DNA from: Eledone cirrhosa
Lineage: Eukaryota
DNA length: 64,000 bases
Reading direction: 5' to 3'
Assembly: GCA_964016885.1 (NCBI GenBank)
Contig: OZ024744.1
Coordinates: 53,072,001 to 53,136,000 of the forward strand
A program made the position numbers and the translations under genes. This document shows positions 42,569 through 55,929 of the stretch, one piece after another. The notes below the pieces were generated by a model. That model saw only the letters and a program-made list of their open reading frames with translations, ran no database searches and was not told the origin of the DNA. The first letter of the stretch is position 1. Every line of letters starts with the position of its first letter.

Positions 42569-43187
42569 GTATATATATATATAATATAGAAATGACTTCT
42601 ACAGGACTACATTTGTTTCATTGAAGGAAATCATTTGTTAGGTACACACACACACACACACACACACACACCCACACACACACACATACACACACACACA
42701 CACATATATAAATATATGCATGTGTCGGTGTATGACTAGATTTGTTCATCATGTTCATTGCATAATTGTTTCTAATTGTTATGTTCGCAAACATTTAAGT
42801 ACTTCATAATAGTAGTAGTAGTAGTAGTAGTAGTAGTACATCCCCGCTGATGCCAAATCACTACTATTACCACTAGTAGTAGTAGTAGTGGTAGTAGTGG
42901 TGAGTGGTGCTGGTGATAGTTATAATATGTTAAAATATGCTTCACATTCGCTGATGATCGCTAGTTTCCAGATTCAAAACACTTCTATTCATTTACGAAA
43001 TTGTGATGAATATAATATCTCAAATCGGCACTCACAGACACACATACACACATACACAAAAACACACATTCACACATGCACGCACACACCACACAGATAT
43101 ATATATAAACAAAAACATACACACACACATATATAAATACGTATACACACCCAGACACACACACACACATAACATATATATACGCGT

Positions 43188-43222
<35 letters not shown>

Positions 43223-44026
43223 AGCATATATATATATACAAACACAAGCTCTCGATTGGCTATTTTTACATTAATGTATTTAGAGTAAATGTGCCTCACC
43301 AGAAATATTGAAAATTTAAAGAGAAGTGTTTACTCTGGTTCTTTTTATACTAAGCCACCATCCAAATAAAATAAAGCAAAAAAAATAACAATGTAAAAGA
43401 AACAAAAATTATATCAACCAAATAGTTTAAAGCGCCTTTGGAGCAATGCTCAAGCCTGAGACCCTTATTGGTAAAACATGTCGGTTATAAAAATAAACAA
43501 GGGAAGACAATTGATTTCACACGAAAACAAGAAAGAAAGACCGGAAATTCCCTCTTTCCAGATATAAATCCGAAGTTTAAACAGCAGCAACAACAACAAC
43601 ATCAAAATAAAAAAATGGGGACCCCTAAAAAAGCACACATACACTCATACATATACATATACACACACACATATATATATATATTGGAAAAAAATCTTCA
43701 TAATTATAATGAAGTAATGCTAGTGGAGTTTGTTTCCCAGGAGCTGACAAATTATAAACGAAAATATTAAAAATTGTAAATGAAATTAAAATATTTTTTG
43801 TTAGAGGCAAGAAAAAAATCTTTTAATTAAAATGATATAAATAAATAAAGCCAAAATCTGTCAGGTAAAAAAAAATATACTAAAAGTTTGTCTTTAATGG
43901 AAATATTCATTATTGTGGTGGAAGTTTCATTTCAAGCTTCTGGGTATGGTTGGATGGAGAGATGATATTTATTTATATATTTATTTTGCTATATTTTCGT
44001 AGAATAGGAGAGATTCTAGATTGCAA

Positions 44027-44093
<67 letters not shown>
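44027..44093. repeat. (TAA)n microsatellite
   Basis: Direct reading. Confidence 0.95.
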
Positions 44094-44095
<2 letters not shown>

Positions 44096-44360
44096 GATAA
44101 TGATGATAGTAATAATAGAATATGAAAATAATAAAGATTTAAATAATATTTTTAAAATAGGAAAAAAAGAAACTTCAACAAAATTGTTTGGGTTTTGTTT
44201 AGCTGTGGATGTTGTTGTTTATGTTGTCTTTTCATTTACAGTTTAGCAAATTGCTTTGGAAGAATGTTTATATATAAAATAAAATACAACGTTAACAAAC
44301 AATACGAGCGAATAACACAATAACGGTGTATTAGATTAACGCTATGGAGTTTGGGAAAGG

Positions 44361-44396
44361 TTTTGATGTTTTGGATACTAGGCCTTCATCAGAAAA
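44361..44396 (-). ncRNA. Decayed minimal type I hammerhead ribozyme (PLE pLTR type)
   Basis: Minus strand TTTT-CTGATGA-AGGCCTAGTATCC-AAAAC-ATC-AAAA versus canonical CTGATGA..CC-GAAAC-GTC, with stem I TTTT/AAAA. Confidence 0.6.
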
Positions 44397-44444
44397 GAGG
44401 AAATAATGATGGAGAGGAGGTTTTAGAAAGAAAAGAAAGAGAGA

Positions 44445-44506
<62 letters not shown>

Positions 44507-44519
44507 AAGGAGTTATTTG

Positions 44520-44760
44520 GTTTGTTGATTATTCAACAAAGTTAATTTCACAACAGATTAGAAGCATTCAACAAGATTTATCCGGAGTATCATTAATATC
44601 AATAATATTAATAAATGGAAAATATCTTTATAAAACCATATTGATTTTATTATACGTATTTCACGGGTACTAATATTTAAGTAAGCTTTCGTCAGATAAA
44701 ATATTATAATTCGTGTAAAGATAAGTGACATATCTTCATGTAAACTTCATGTTATAAGTT
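44520..44760 (-). pseudogene. Very decayed, possibly GIY-YIG-type PLE 3' remnant
   Basis: Weak motif traces only (..LNISTREIR.., ..E..LLNNQ). It lies just upstream of the hammerhead relic on the same strand. Confidence 0.3.
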
Positions 44761-44919
44761 CTGTGAAGATAGTGAATATAATTTTTCAAAACTCAGGGGC
44801 AATATGCTAATGAGGATAGCATTAAAACTGAAAAGATCCGTTAAGTTTAGACGCTGGACAGATTTTAAATATTTATTTAAATTTTTTTTAAAGGGTTTGC
44901 TATCAAATTTGTAAAAATA

Positions 44920-45030
44920 TATTGTAGAGTTATTTTGGGATTATTTATAGAAATATGCATATATACACCCAAAAGTATTGTAGAGTTATTTTGGGATTAT
45001 TTATAGAAATATGCATATATAAAACCAAAC
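44920..45030. repeat. 56-bp tandem duplication
   Basis: TATTGTAGAGTTATTTTGGGATTATTTATAGAAATATGCATATATA occurs at 44920 and 44976. Confidence 0.9.
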
Positions 45031-46003
45031 ATATTTACATGGGTATAGAAAGAATGAAATAATTATATTTATTTATTTAATTCATTTTTTATATATTTTA
45101 AGAATATACTATTTAATATAATATATAATATTTAGGTGAGAATTATAATGTATTGTATTAAATTAATTTATTAAAGCAATTACAACAATATAATATGTAA
45201 AAGATACCCTGTATTTATATATACTATTGGATATATTTTACGCATATATTTTAATATTATGATGAGTGCAGTTATAAATATAATGCATTGTTGCATAAGA
45301 CATTATTGTATATCGTTATTAAAAAAATTATTTAGTACATAAATGATTATACGTGAATATAGATTTTATTTAAAATATATACATAGACTTATAAATGAGC
45401 GTAAGATAGATCAAGCGATAATATATATGTATTTTTTACATATACCTTAAGAATGTGAAAGTAATTATATAATTTAAGTAAAGATGTATTAAGTAATTAA
45501 GTATTATGCATAATCTAGTATTGTATATGGTTAGTGATATAACATTTTAACATTTATGTAAGTTTGAATGTATCGTATATGTGAATTGTAAACAAAAATG
45601 TTTTTCTAAAGAGTAGATAACTCTAGTATTTAATAATTTAAAGAATGTATACTACAGATATTTAAAAATATATTGTTTTAGCTAATGTTTAACATAATAA
45701 ATTATAATTTCTATAAGATTTCAGAGCATCATATAGTAAATATGGTTTTGATAATAATAAATAAATAATTATTTCTATGCATACATTTAGATAATAATAT
45801 ATATTTCTATTTATAAATTTGATAATAATAAATATTTCTATGTATAAATTTAAGAACATTTAAAGACAACCAAAATATATATTGTACATAGGCAACTTAT
45901 ATAGACCACAGTGCAGTAGTTTCTATAAATTATAAATATTGTCAAATGTTCTTCAGAATCGATGCAAACAAGAATTACATATTTCCTTTTTTTTTTTAAA
46001 TAA

Positions 46004-46183
46004 TTGTTTCTACTTTAGGCACAAGGCCAGCAATTACCCAGTACATTACTGGTACTTTATGTTATCGACCCTGTAAGGATGAAAGGCAAAGTTAACCTCG
46101 GCGGGATTTGAACTCAGAATGGCAAGGGCCGTAACTCTATGCGTCAAAGCATGGTGTCCGACCCTCTACCGATACTGCCAATC
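46004..46183 (-). mobile_element. tRNA-derived SINE, same family as 34785-34971
   Basis: Colinear: TTGTTTCTACT..CCCAGTACATTACTGGTACTTTA..ATCGACCC.GTAAGGATGAAAGGCAAAGTTAACCT..GGATTTGAACTCA..GATACTGCCAATC. Confidence 0.85.
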
Positions 46184-46189
46184 TACTTT

Positions 46190-47316
46190 GTTAATAATAT
46201 TACCAGGATTGGTAATTATATGAAATATTTCTTCAATACAGAGATGACAAATTCTTGAAAGAGCCATATTTTGGTAAACTGGCGCATTCGATATCTTTCT
46301 TCAAGAGATTGAATAGTCAGTGTTGTTGTCTTTTAAAGACGAAATTAATTGTGATAATGAGGTTGAGAAATTTTTGTCCGTTCGTTTGAAAGTATGTTTA
46401 TGATATATACCAACAGTCCTTAAATTTTGTAGAAGTCGCTTCTATATACTTATATAAGCTATCTCTAGTTTTTATAGTGCATTTGTATACTAAATTTCTA
46501 TCAAGGCAATTATTCTGTAAAATGATATGTTATTTCTGCAATTACATTTTCTAATATTGTTGTTTAAAGATACCGTATTATTATTTATGCACTCGCTATT
46601 ATTATTATATGTAATGTTATTAGTTATATTGTTATTGCTATTCGGGTTTATTTGGGTTGAGCTTAATTTTAAATTCCTATTACTAATTCTAGCAATATTC
46701 TCAGCTATATTCATAATAGTAGAGTAAGAGAGTTTTACAGTATGTCTGTTAAAAATGGAGTGATACTTATGGGACTTAGGAAAACATTTATCTAGAGCCT
46801 TAAAGAATGTGTGTGCTAAAGGTGTCTTAATTCCTAATGAAATTGGAGGAGAATACCAAATTATTTTTCTAGTTCTAGCTTTTTTATTTGATTTATTATT
46901 TTGGTTAATTTGTTTATTATTAATATTATAATAAACTTTAGAAGGTTGGTGTATACTATTCTTATCTCTGTAGTTAATTTTATTATTGTATCCAGCTCTG
47001 TGTAGAGCGTCATTGTAATATTCTGCTTTGTTATCAAATATATTTTTATTAGCTGAGAATCCAAGTATTCTTTGCTGGACACTATTAACTATAGACTTTT
47101 TAACATTTCTAGGGTAGTTAGAGTAGAAGCTAACGTAGTTTAGGCTTTCATTAATATTATGGAACGAGTAATCTAGGCCAGAGTTAAGGTTTAGTGTAAT
47201 ATCTAAGAAATTAACAATTTATTATCATTTTCTATTTCTAATTTAAGGCCATAATTAATAAAGAAGTCTATAATAATTTTCTTTTTTCTGCTATGTTCAC
47301 TATTGTTAAGTTTATC

Positions 47317-47320
<4 letters not shown>
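46190..47320 (-). pseudogene. PLE remnant (thumb, WxxPP linker and GIY-YIG C-terminus)
   Basis: Manual translation WYSPPISLGIKTPLAHTFFKALDKCFPKSHKYHSIFNRHTVKLSYST, then CNCRN (ORF 46490..46714) and CHLCIEE. The 5' end abuts (TA)n. Confidence 0.8.
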
Positions 47321-47401
<81 letters not shown>

Positions 47402-47470
47402 TACATAAACAAATAGTAGAAAGTAAAAAGATTTTTTTCAGTAGAAAATGCTGAAAAGATTCTTTCAGTG

Positions 47471-48262
47471 TAATATCAAAACACTTATTTATTTATAAAG
47501 TGGATATTTCCGAATTTAATAATGGTACCGGTTTCAGCATTATATGCATTGTCAACTGCGGATATGCAAAATATAGTTAAGTTCCATATGTATACAAATA
47601 ATAATTAAAAGGGGAAGAAAAATTATAAATTTTAACATACATATTTTGAGAGGAGAGTTCATATCTATGTCCGTGTTTGTAATTCAGTAACTCTGTATCT
47701 TTTTTGTGGCAAAATCACAAAGTCAATGTTGATGATTTCTTCTAAGATAAAATACCAAGATAGATATTTTTAGAAACAATCTCCCCTCCCCGGTCAACTG
47801 TAAGGTCATCCAACATTTCAAACCAATCCCAGCTCGCCTTTGTAACCATTTTCAAAGTGGCTCTCACCACGACAGACTGCCACACACCTATCCCCTATCC
47901 TTCTTCGTCCTCCCTCTTCTCCTCTCCTCTCCTTCTTCTTTTTCCTTCTTCTCTTCCTTCTCCCCCTCCTCCACACTTCACTCCACTATTACCAGTCAAA
48001 GCCCCAACATCAAAACTACTACTTCTGTCAGCCAACTAACAAAGAACGAATGACAAACACGGAGAGTGATATGAACTCTCCTCTAAAAATATCTATGTAA
48101 AAATTAATAATGTTTCTTCCTCTTTTTATTATTATTTGTATAAACATGGAACTTAACCATATTAGGCATATCCGCTGTTGACAATGCATATACTGCTGAA
48201 ACCGGTACCATTATTAAATGCGGAAATATCGTCTTTATAAATAAATAAGTGTTTTGATATTA
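47471..48262. mobile_element. Element with diverged inverted arms of about 195 bp (47471-47665 / 48068-48262) and a C/T-rich core; inverted PLE pseudo-LTR-like
   Basis: The arms align as reverse complements. Each carries TTGACAA..GCAT..TGCT-GAAACCGGTA, a hammerhead relic. Confidence 0.7.
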
Positions 48263-48270
48263 ACGTGAAG

Positions 48271-48487
48271 TAGCTAAGCCTTCTGCTATACCCGAACTCA
48301 TAACATAGTTCTCAGGGAGATTCAGCGTAACAAAGCCGGCTCTTTGGGTTACAGGTGCACATTTGTTACAACTGGAGCAACGGAAGTTTAGCGTCATACT
48401 CTAGGAAACAACAAGCCACCCGGTCACCGGATCGAATTCACAACCTGACGATTGTGAGTCGAATACACTGATCACTAAACCACGCAT
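48271..48487 (-). mobile_element. tRNA-derived SINE, second family
   Basis: Minus strand GCGTGGTTTAGTGATCAG (A box) and GAATTCGATCC (B box), followed by ..CGTTGCTCCAGT.. Confidence 0.7.
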
Positions 48488-48949
48488 ATATATATTAATA
48501 CATACAAACATACAAACATACATACATGCATACATACATACATACATACATGCATACATACAATCATAAATACATACATATATACATATATACATACATA
48601 CATGCACGATGATGACTGTCCTCTTGTTATCGAGTATGGCCATTGTACGAGAAAAACATTATTAACCATAACGACAATAATAATAATAATAATGCTTTCT
48701 TTATTAACCACAAGGGTTGACACAAAGTAAAACATTAAGTACAATACAGGACAATACAGGACGGTACAAATGGGAATTTCTGCGCGTAAAAAAACAAAAA
48801 CAGAGGATGTAACAAAAAAAAAAGAAACAATGAAAAATTCCCCAATGAGGGGGAGACTTCCGAGGGACATTCGTGCAGAAAGCCCATTAAAAATGCCACG
48901 GTCACCCTAACCACCAGGGCAAGTGCCCTCTCCCACTTTTCCACCTTTA

Positions 48950-50889
48950 ATTTAGAGGCGCATAACTGAAAAGGTTAATCAGGGCATCACCTAAGAGGTA
49001 AGTGCTCGTCTTCAGCCCTTTCAAACACGTCCACCACACTCTCGCTTTCGCCATGGCCACCAGACAGATACAAATTGTCTGCCCTTCCCCGCTAAAGGAA
49101 GAGGGCGAGCAATCCTCACGATGGACTCAGTTGATAGCCGGATCCGTCCTACATGGGACATAAACCCACAAGTCATTAATGCTCGGACACTGGACGAGTG
49201 TGTGCAGGACCGTTGCGTCGCCCTGCGCGCATCTCGGACATGCCCGGCTGACGGCACCTCCATGCCTGTAGAGTTTATCCCGAACTGGCAAAGCTCCTCG
49301 GTAGCACTGCCAACCCAGGGATTTCTGGAAGTCGTCCATAAGCCTCGGCCCGAAAGTTCTCCCAAAGAGATTGGCTAGTTAATTTTCGTCGACGCCCAGA
49401 GTTTCTTCAAGTACGTCGTCGTTCTTCCCTTCCACTAATCCTCTATAGAACGCCAAGGTGGAGTTTCCACCGATCGCATTGCCCGACTGGTCGAGGGCTG
49501 TGAGCGCCTGAAGACATTCCAGTCTCTAAGCGCCCCTCCCGGTCTTCGCTTGACCCAGGACTGCAGCTTCGTCAAGGTGACTAGCTGCGGAAACATGCGT
49601 CTAACAAACGGCGACCACACCTGATCACTGTCGAGGAAGAGGTGGAGAAGTCGTAGCCTGAGCGCGTGTCTGCGCATCATCAGCCACGTCCCTTCGGAGC
49701 GCGTCCCTTCCACAAAAAGGGAAAGACACGATGGTCAGGCTGTAGTAGAAGACGGACGCGAAGTACGCATTCACCACCTCCGCTCGACCTATCAGGGATA
49801 GTTTCCTCTCTGCCCATTGAACGGCTTTCGTCACCTCGTGTCTGAGAGCACGCACACTAGCTCTGACAACGCAGCCTTCGTGCTTTGCATTAAAGAATTG
49901 GTCTTGGGACAATTTCGTCGGAAGCACGTCGGTCGCGATGCCTTTACTAAGCGCCTTGTCTAATTTTCTAACTAGTTCTCCCTCTGCTCTATTTTTCTCC
50001 ATTGCTAACGCCTTACTAAACCTAATGGACTCTATTCTAATTTCTCTTTTCAGAGCAAACCACCATTTGTTGTTGACGGTGTCCCCCGTCAACGCCTTCT
50101 TAATCCGGTCTCTGTAGGCCTTGCGCGCTGTTAACAACGCGTTTAGCTTCCAGTAGCCGAGTCCCTGTCTATGAAACCCTATCTATATCAACCACAGAGA
50201 TCACGAATTTGCGGTCCGTGTAGTCGACTATATTGAATTGTGGACAGCCTATGCTAGACCTATCTATTTCCTTACAAAATACCCCATCTACATATGACCT
50301 GCATGACCCGATACGGTTTGTCCATGTCCAAATTGGCACATTCGGGAAATCCAGAGGGTACCTGTCCGACAGTTGAAACCGTCTGAGCTTGTTTACGAGG
50401 CTTTTACACCCTCCTCCCCTATCCGCTAATGCAACACAGTTCCAGGGTAGAACTAAGATCCCGTTCCACTGAACTGCTAACACTAAAGAGCGGGACGTTC
50501 CAAGAAAAGTCTCCAGACGCCGGAACAAATCTGGCAGCCCTGCTCCTGTCAGGGCTTAATGCCCACTAGCCTGAAAGCTTTCCCGTCTCAGCTGGTCACG
50601 TCCAGCACCCCAACTTACCTTAGGGGTCCAGGAAGATGGCTCGTATGGCGAGATCCAAGCCTCTCCGAAAGAGCACAGCAACTGGTCCCCCAGATCATGG
50701 ATGGCTGGGAGATGCGTATACATCGTAGAGGCCGAAGATCGATGCGAAGGCCCGTGCTTGGGAGATTCTGAACTTGCTGTTGGCCACCACATCTATATTC
50801 AGTGACCTGAGGTCGTTGAGCAGGTGGCCCTGCTTCCATGACGACCCCAGGCCACGCGCATTTATGCTGCCTATTCTGAGTGAGGTCAT
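48950..50889 (-). pseudogene. ORF2 remnant (APE endonuclease plus C-terminal domain, RT missing)
   Basis: MTSLRIGSINARGL; WTWTN..SYVD..YTDR; jump from RALRHEVTKAVQ to WAERKLSL; CPRCAQGDATVLHTLVQCP. Confidence 0.85.
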
Positions 50890-50899
50890 GTTTAAAAAG

Positions 50900-52723
50900 A
50901 ATGGAAAAAGATGGGAAAGACCACTTACCTAACTTCTCGTAGAGGAAGGATGGTTTCTCCATCCTTTTCACTGCGTGTGGCCTCCTCCGGAAGGATGTCC
51001 TTATAATTCCTCCTGGAGAGTGTTTGTCGGAAGTCTCCGATGTCTTAGGGAAATTTTTCTGTGTGATGCGAGTGATTTGTATGTGTGTGGGTGGTGTGAA
51101 TTTTTGGGCTGTTGTATAGTATTTTTCTGAGATACTGGTGGTGTGTTGGATGTAGTGTAATAATTGGTTGTTGTTCAAATTTAATGCTGTGTAGAGTTAA
51201 TCGTTTTCGTTGTTTTGTTTTGTTTGCGTTTGTTGTGGGTTTGTTTCTGTTTCGCCTTTTGGTGATTTTTGTGGCGTTCGTGATGGTGGTGTTGGGGTTA
51301 ATGATGGTGATGGTGTTGGCGTTTGTGGTGATGGGGTTGGTGATGCTGGTTTGGATGGTGGCATAGCTGTACTAACTTTTTTGTTTGATAGTTTATTTGT
51401 TTCCCCCTGCATTTTGTTTTTGGAGGGGGAAGGAAGAGAATTTTTTCTTTTTTGGCATCTTTTTTCTTTTTCTTTTTTTTCCTGATACAGTTTCCAACTC
51501 CTCCTCATCGTCACAATCATCTGTCTCCAGTTGTGATAGGTTGGGCAGTGGAAAATCCTCCACAGGCGTTGGTTTTGGTTGTGGCGTGGTGGATGGTGGA
51601 GGCGCTGGTGCTAATTCTGACGCTGTGGGTTGTGGTGGTGTTGGTTTTGCTACTGTTGCTGGGGTTGTTGCTGCTCCAGTTACTTCTGTTGTTGCTGCTA
51701 CAGTTGTTGCTGCCATTTCTGCTGCTGGTGGTGTTGATGGTTGAGGCACTGGGGTGGGTTGGAGAGGTGGCCTCAACATTTTAGCCTGAGGGCAGAAAGC
51801 CTTTAAGTAGGTTCCTTCGCCACAAACGACACACCTAGGCCTTCTACCCTCGACGATTACGGTGAGGTGCCTGCCGTCATTGAGGTCTATCACCTCTGGA
51901 ATTTCCTCAATGTTTTTTTGGTCCGCTTGGATCAGGAGCTCCATCCCAGATCCGGACCAGTTCTCTCGCTTTTCTTTTGTTACCTCAATTATTTTAGTGT
52001 TGGCCTCGATGTCGGCGAGAACGGCAGCCATTAGCTTGGGAATGTCGATGGCCGGCGGGACGTGGGTCACCCTGATCTTCACGAGTCTCTGACTACAAAA
52101 GTTTGGGACGAGTGGGAATTCGTCACTTCTTAATGGGGCCATGGAGTGCTCTCTGGCTTACTGTGGTGTTCCAAAGAACAGGTCCACGGTTCCATATTTC
52201 TACCCAAGTCTGATGTGAGGTTTTTTCGCCCACACATGTCCCAAAGCTTTTTGTATCTGAGAGTCGGATCCCCGTTCCACTCGGCGTGATTTTGTGTTTA
52301 TCGTCCGATATGACACGGTGCATAGGCGCCGATGTTCCACATTATTAAATGGGGGGGGGGGGGGGGCGTGATGCTGACCCTGTACTCATCTTTTTTTACC
52401 ATTCGTTTGGCTTCATTTAATTCCTCCTGGCTTACCTCGATTGTTTCGCTTTTCTTGACTGCTTTGGCAAACGACACATTTTGTTTTGCACTGGCATTGA
52501 TGTTGTTGTTGTTATTCTCATTGTTGTTGTTGCTGCTGTTGTTGTTATTGTTATTTTTGTTATTGTTATTTTTAGTTTCAGTTATGGTAGTGGTGGTGGT
52601 GGTGTCAGAGGTGTTCGGCGTGGAACAGTCGATTCTGGGTGAATCCATTTCGATGTCACGAGATAGTAATTTTTTTTTGTTTCTGTTGTCACTGTGGTGG
52701 CGTGGGGGTGGCGGCTTTAACAC
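50900..52723 (-). pseudogene. ORF1 (gag-like) remnant, frameshifted
   Basis: SFAKAVK; VKIRVTHVPPAI; VIVEGRRPRCVVCGEGTYLKAFCP (degenerate CCHC); Pro/Thr-rich and basic tracts. Confidence 0.75.
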
Positions 52724-53127
52724 ATGCAGTTATTGTTAATGGCGGGAAATGAATGTCTGCATGTGACAAATTTAAATTATTGCCACTGCTTATATTTTTA
52801 GTGTTGGCAACCGTAGTAATGTTTACAATGGTGGTGTTGGTGTGAGGTGTTAGTTTGTTACGAAGGCTGTCATCTTTGGGTGGCTGAGAGCCGTCTATGT
52901 TTATTTTTCAAAGAAAGTTTTTGATTGATAATTATAAAAGTTTAAATTTTGGGATCAAGACCCCAATATTATTTAGTGTCCTTTTGAGAAAGCAATATAT
53001 ATGAACTTATAGACACTTAACAACAAACATTTTCCATAACTGGCAATTTGAAACAATTGAAAACAACAAACCTTTGCGGAGCTGACGATAATACGATTTC
53101 ATACGTAGGTCGCCAATAATTATAATG

Positions 53128-53162
<35 letters not shown>

Positions 53163-54020
53163 CATCAAGGAGAAAGAGCAGCCTTCAGGAAAAATCCCTT
53201 CATAGTACCTTCTTTGAGAAAACTGAATTTAGAGATCCACAGACATGGAACTGGTTGAAAAGAGAAGACCTTAAAAAGGCTACAGAAGGAATGTTAATGG
53301 CTGCGCAAGAGCAGACCCTCAAAACGAAGTGGTTGAAACACCATATTTACAAGGAGGAGGCTAGCCCACTGTGCAGGATCTATGGAGAGACAGAGGAGAC
53401 TGTGGCTCACATTGTATCCGAGTGTAAACACCTAGCCCAGACTCACTATAAGGGCTGGAGACATGATGTGATGGGTAGGGTGATCCACTGGCACCTATGC
53501 AAAGTAAACAATTTACCACATTCTGAGAAGTGGTATGAGCATAAGCCAGAGTCGGTGATAGAAAACGATCAGGTGAAGGTGCTGTGGGATTTTAGGATAC
53601 AGGCGGACAATAAACTGGAACACAATAGACCTGACCTGGTGGTTGTGGACAAAGAAAAAAGATCGTGCCTGATTGTGGATGTAGCCTGCCCATTCGACAC
53701 GAGAGTGCAAGAGAAGGAGAGGGAGAAAATTAACCGATACCAGGACTTAAAGTGGGAGGTAAAAAGGATTTGGAACTGCCATGAAGTCAAAGTGATCCCG
53801 ATTGTCATAGGCGCACTAGGGACTATCTCAAAAAGTTTCCAGGGATGGTTAAAGAAAATCGGCCCCTTCACGCTTTTTGGAACGCTTCAAAAGGCATGCT
53901 TGCTGGGAACAGCAAGAACCCTCCGATACGTCCTGAATATCTGAGGCTGCAGGTAGTGGCTTGATATTCATTTCAACAAACTTTCCAGTTAACTAACATC
54001 AATGACTGAGACTCAAAGAG
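53163..54020 (+). mobile_element. 5'-truncated R4/Dong-like RLE retrotransposon (same family as 55930-59517) in (TAA)n
   Basis: ORF 53255..53944: CRIYG..ETVAHIVSEC, RHD, RPDLVV..VDVACP..EKINRY, IVIGALG. Near-identical to 58696-59517, with (TAA)n on both sides. Confidence 0.92.
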
Positions 54021-54057
54021 TAATAACAACAACAATAATAATAATAATAATAATAAT

Positions 54058-54793
54058 TACCATGCCAACATAATAAAAAATGGATGCAGCCCATTATGCC
54101 GTGCATGTAAAAAACAACCAGAGACCATTGACCATATAATTTCAATGTGCAGTCCTATAGCTCCAACCAAATACCTAAACAGGCATGACAGAGCTGCACA
54201 ATACATACATTGGATAATGTGTAAGCATTTCGACCTGCCCCATCAAAAGAATTGGTGGGAGCATCAACCACCTCCCATACTTGAAAAAGATCACATCTCA
54301 ATCTTGTGGAACTTTAGCCTCCAAACAGACCGAAAAATAGATGCAAATAGACCTGATATAATATTGAAGGACTTTAAAAAGAGGGTATGCCTGCTAATTG
54401 ATATGTCCGTTCCAATAGACAAGAATGTATCTATAAAAACATTTGAAAATTTGAGCAAGCATAAGGACCTGGAGATAGAAATTGGAAAAAATGTGGAAAT
54501 TGAGAACTAAAACAATACCAGTGGTTGTAGGCGCTCTAGGAATGATACCTAAGGGGTCTAACGATTACTTATCGCAAATCCCAGGAAAAATACAAAAGAT
54601 AGTACTAATGGGAACCGCCCACATACTAAGGAAGATTCTGTCAATATAAGTACATCACAAGTCTAAACACTAAAGATGCATGTGTGAGTATGTATGTTCT
54701 TTCTTGAACATGGCGGACCTTGTTGTCTCTTGAAGTCACTGGTTGTGACTTGTTGATAACTCGTATGAACATAACGCAAGATAAATGCATATG
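54058..54793 (+). mobile_element. 5'-truncated RLE retrotransposon of a second R4/Dong-like family in (TAA)n
   Basis: CRACKKQPETIDHIISMC, RHD, RPDII..IDMSVP, PVVVGALG; frameshifted. Flanked by (TAA)n. Confidence 0.88.
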
Positions 54794-55363
54794 TAATAAT
54801 AATAATAATAATAATAACATAGGGAAGAAGACGCACGAGGTGGTAGAAGGTCATGAAATCGCTCCCGTAAGTTTTGAATTTTTAACATATCTAAATCATT
54901 TGTGAAATAACAACTCTTAGTACAAATGCTACGTAAAGCATACGGCTTGAGCCCCCAAAAAATTCGGACCGAAAATATATTGTTATAAGGCTCAAATATT
55001 CAGATATTCAACTTTGTATTGTACATTGTATATTCAAAAAAGAAAATGGCTATAAATGGAAGAAGAACCCCCCCCCTCCCCTCCTCTGTCTACACTATAT
55101 AGAACAGCCAAACAACACCAATCTCACCAACACCAGAAACTAGATACACCACCTACCCCATCACCTCTCTGTGTACACTAAACACAACAGCCAGATAACG
55201 GCAATTTCCCCACCACCACAACCAATCTCAACATAATAAGGATAATAATAAATACTATTATTATTGTCCCAAGTCTTAACAAAATGTTTAATCCCAACAT
55301 TAAGGGAATTTAGGTCAACACATATACGCGACTAACCCCATAGATTCACCGAACGGACATCAG

Positions 55364-55790
55364 TCCTTCATTGCTACCAAAGCTACAACACCATCACTAC
55401 TGCCATCATTACTACCACTTTCCCATCACCGCCGCCACCACTCCTTCATTGCTACCACCGCTACAACACCATCACTACAGTAATACGACCACATCACCAC
55501 CACCACTGCCTCGGTATCGACATCACCACCACCACTATCTCAGTATCGCTACCGCCGCTATTATCTCCCATTGCTTCCTGCTAGTTGCTGCCACCACATT
55601 ATAGAATTCCTACTAAAAAAGAGGAAGGCATCAAAATATATAGATAGACTCAAAAGAAAAAAGAAAAAAACAAACATCAAAACCAAAGCAGCACAGCAAC
55701 AACAGCAAAAAACGAGAAAAACAAACAGAGAAAAAGAAAAAGAAAAACAAAAACAAAAAAAAAACAAAAAATAAAGAGTAAAGAAAATAA
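55364..55790. repeat. Low-complexity (CCA/CAC)-rich tract with a short internal duplication, followed by an A-rich tract
   Basis: TCCTTCATTGCTACC..GCTACAACACCATCACTAC occurs at about 55364 and 55442. Confidence 0.7.
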
Positions 55791-55929
55791 GAATGAAGAG
55801 AGAAACAAGCGGACGGACAGAGAAGAGAAGGGAAAAACTAAGTCAGACATTCGAACACTACATTACAATGAAACTTATGCTTATTCATTTTGGGGGTTTT
55901 TTCTGCCTGTGTGTTTGTTTGTTTATTTG

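Larger units (their letters stand above)
48694..53114 (-). mobile_element. L1/Tx1-like non-LTR retrotransposon, copy 1; appears full-span but the RT core is deleted; flanked by (TAA)n
   Basis: ORF1 with a zinc knuckle, APE endonuclease, C-terminal CxxC..H motif, and AATAAA followed by (ATT)n at the 3' end. (TAA)n also lies at 53115-53162. Confidence 0.88.
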
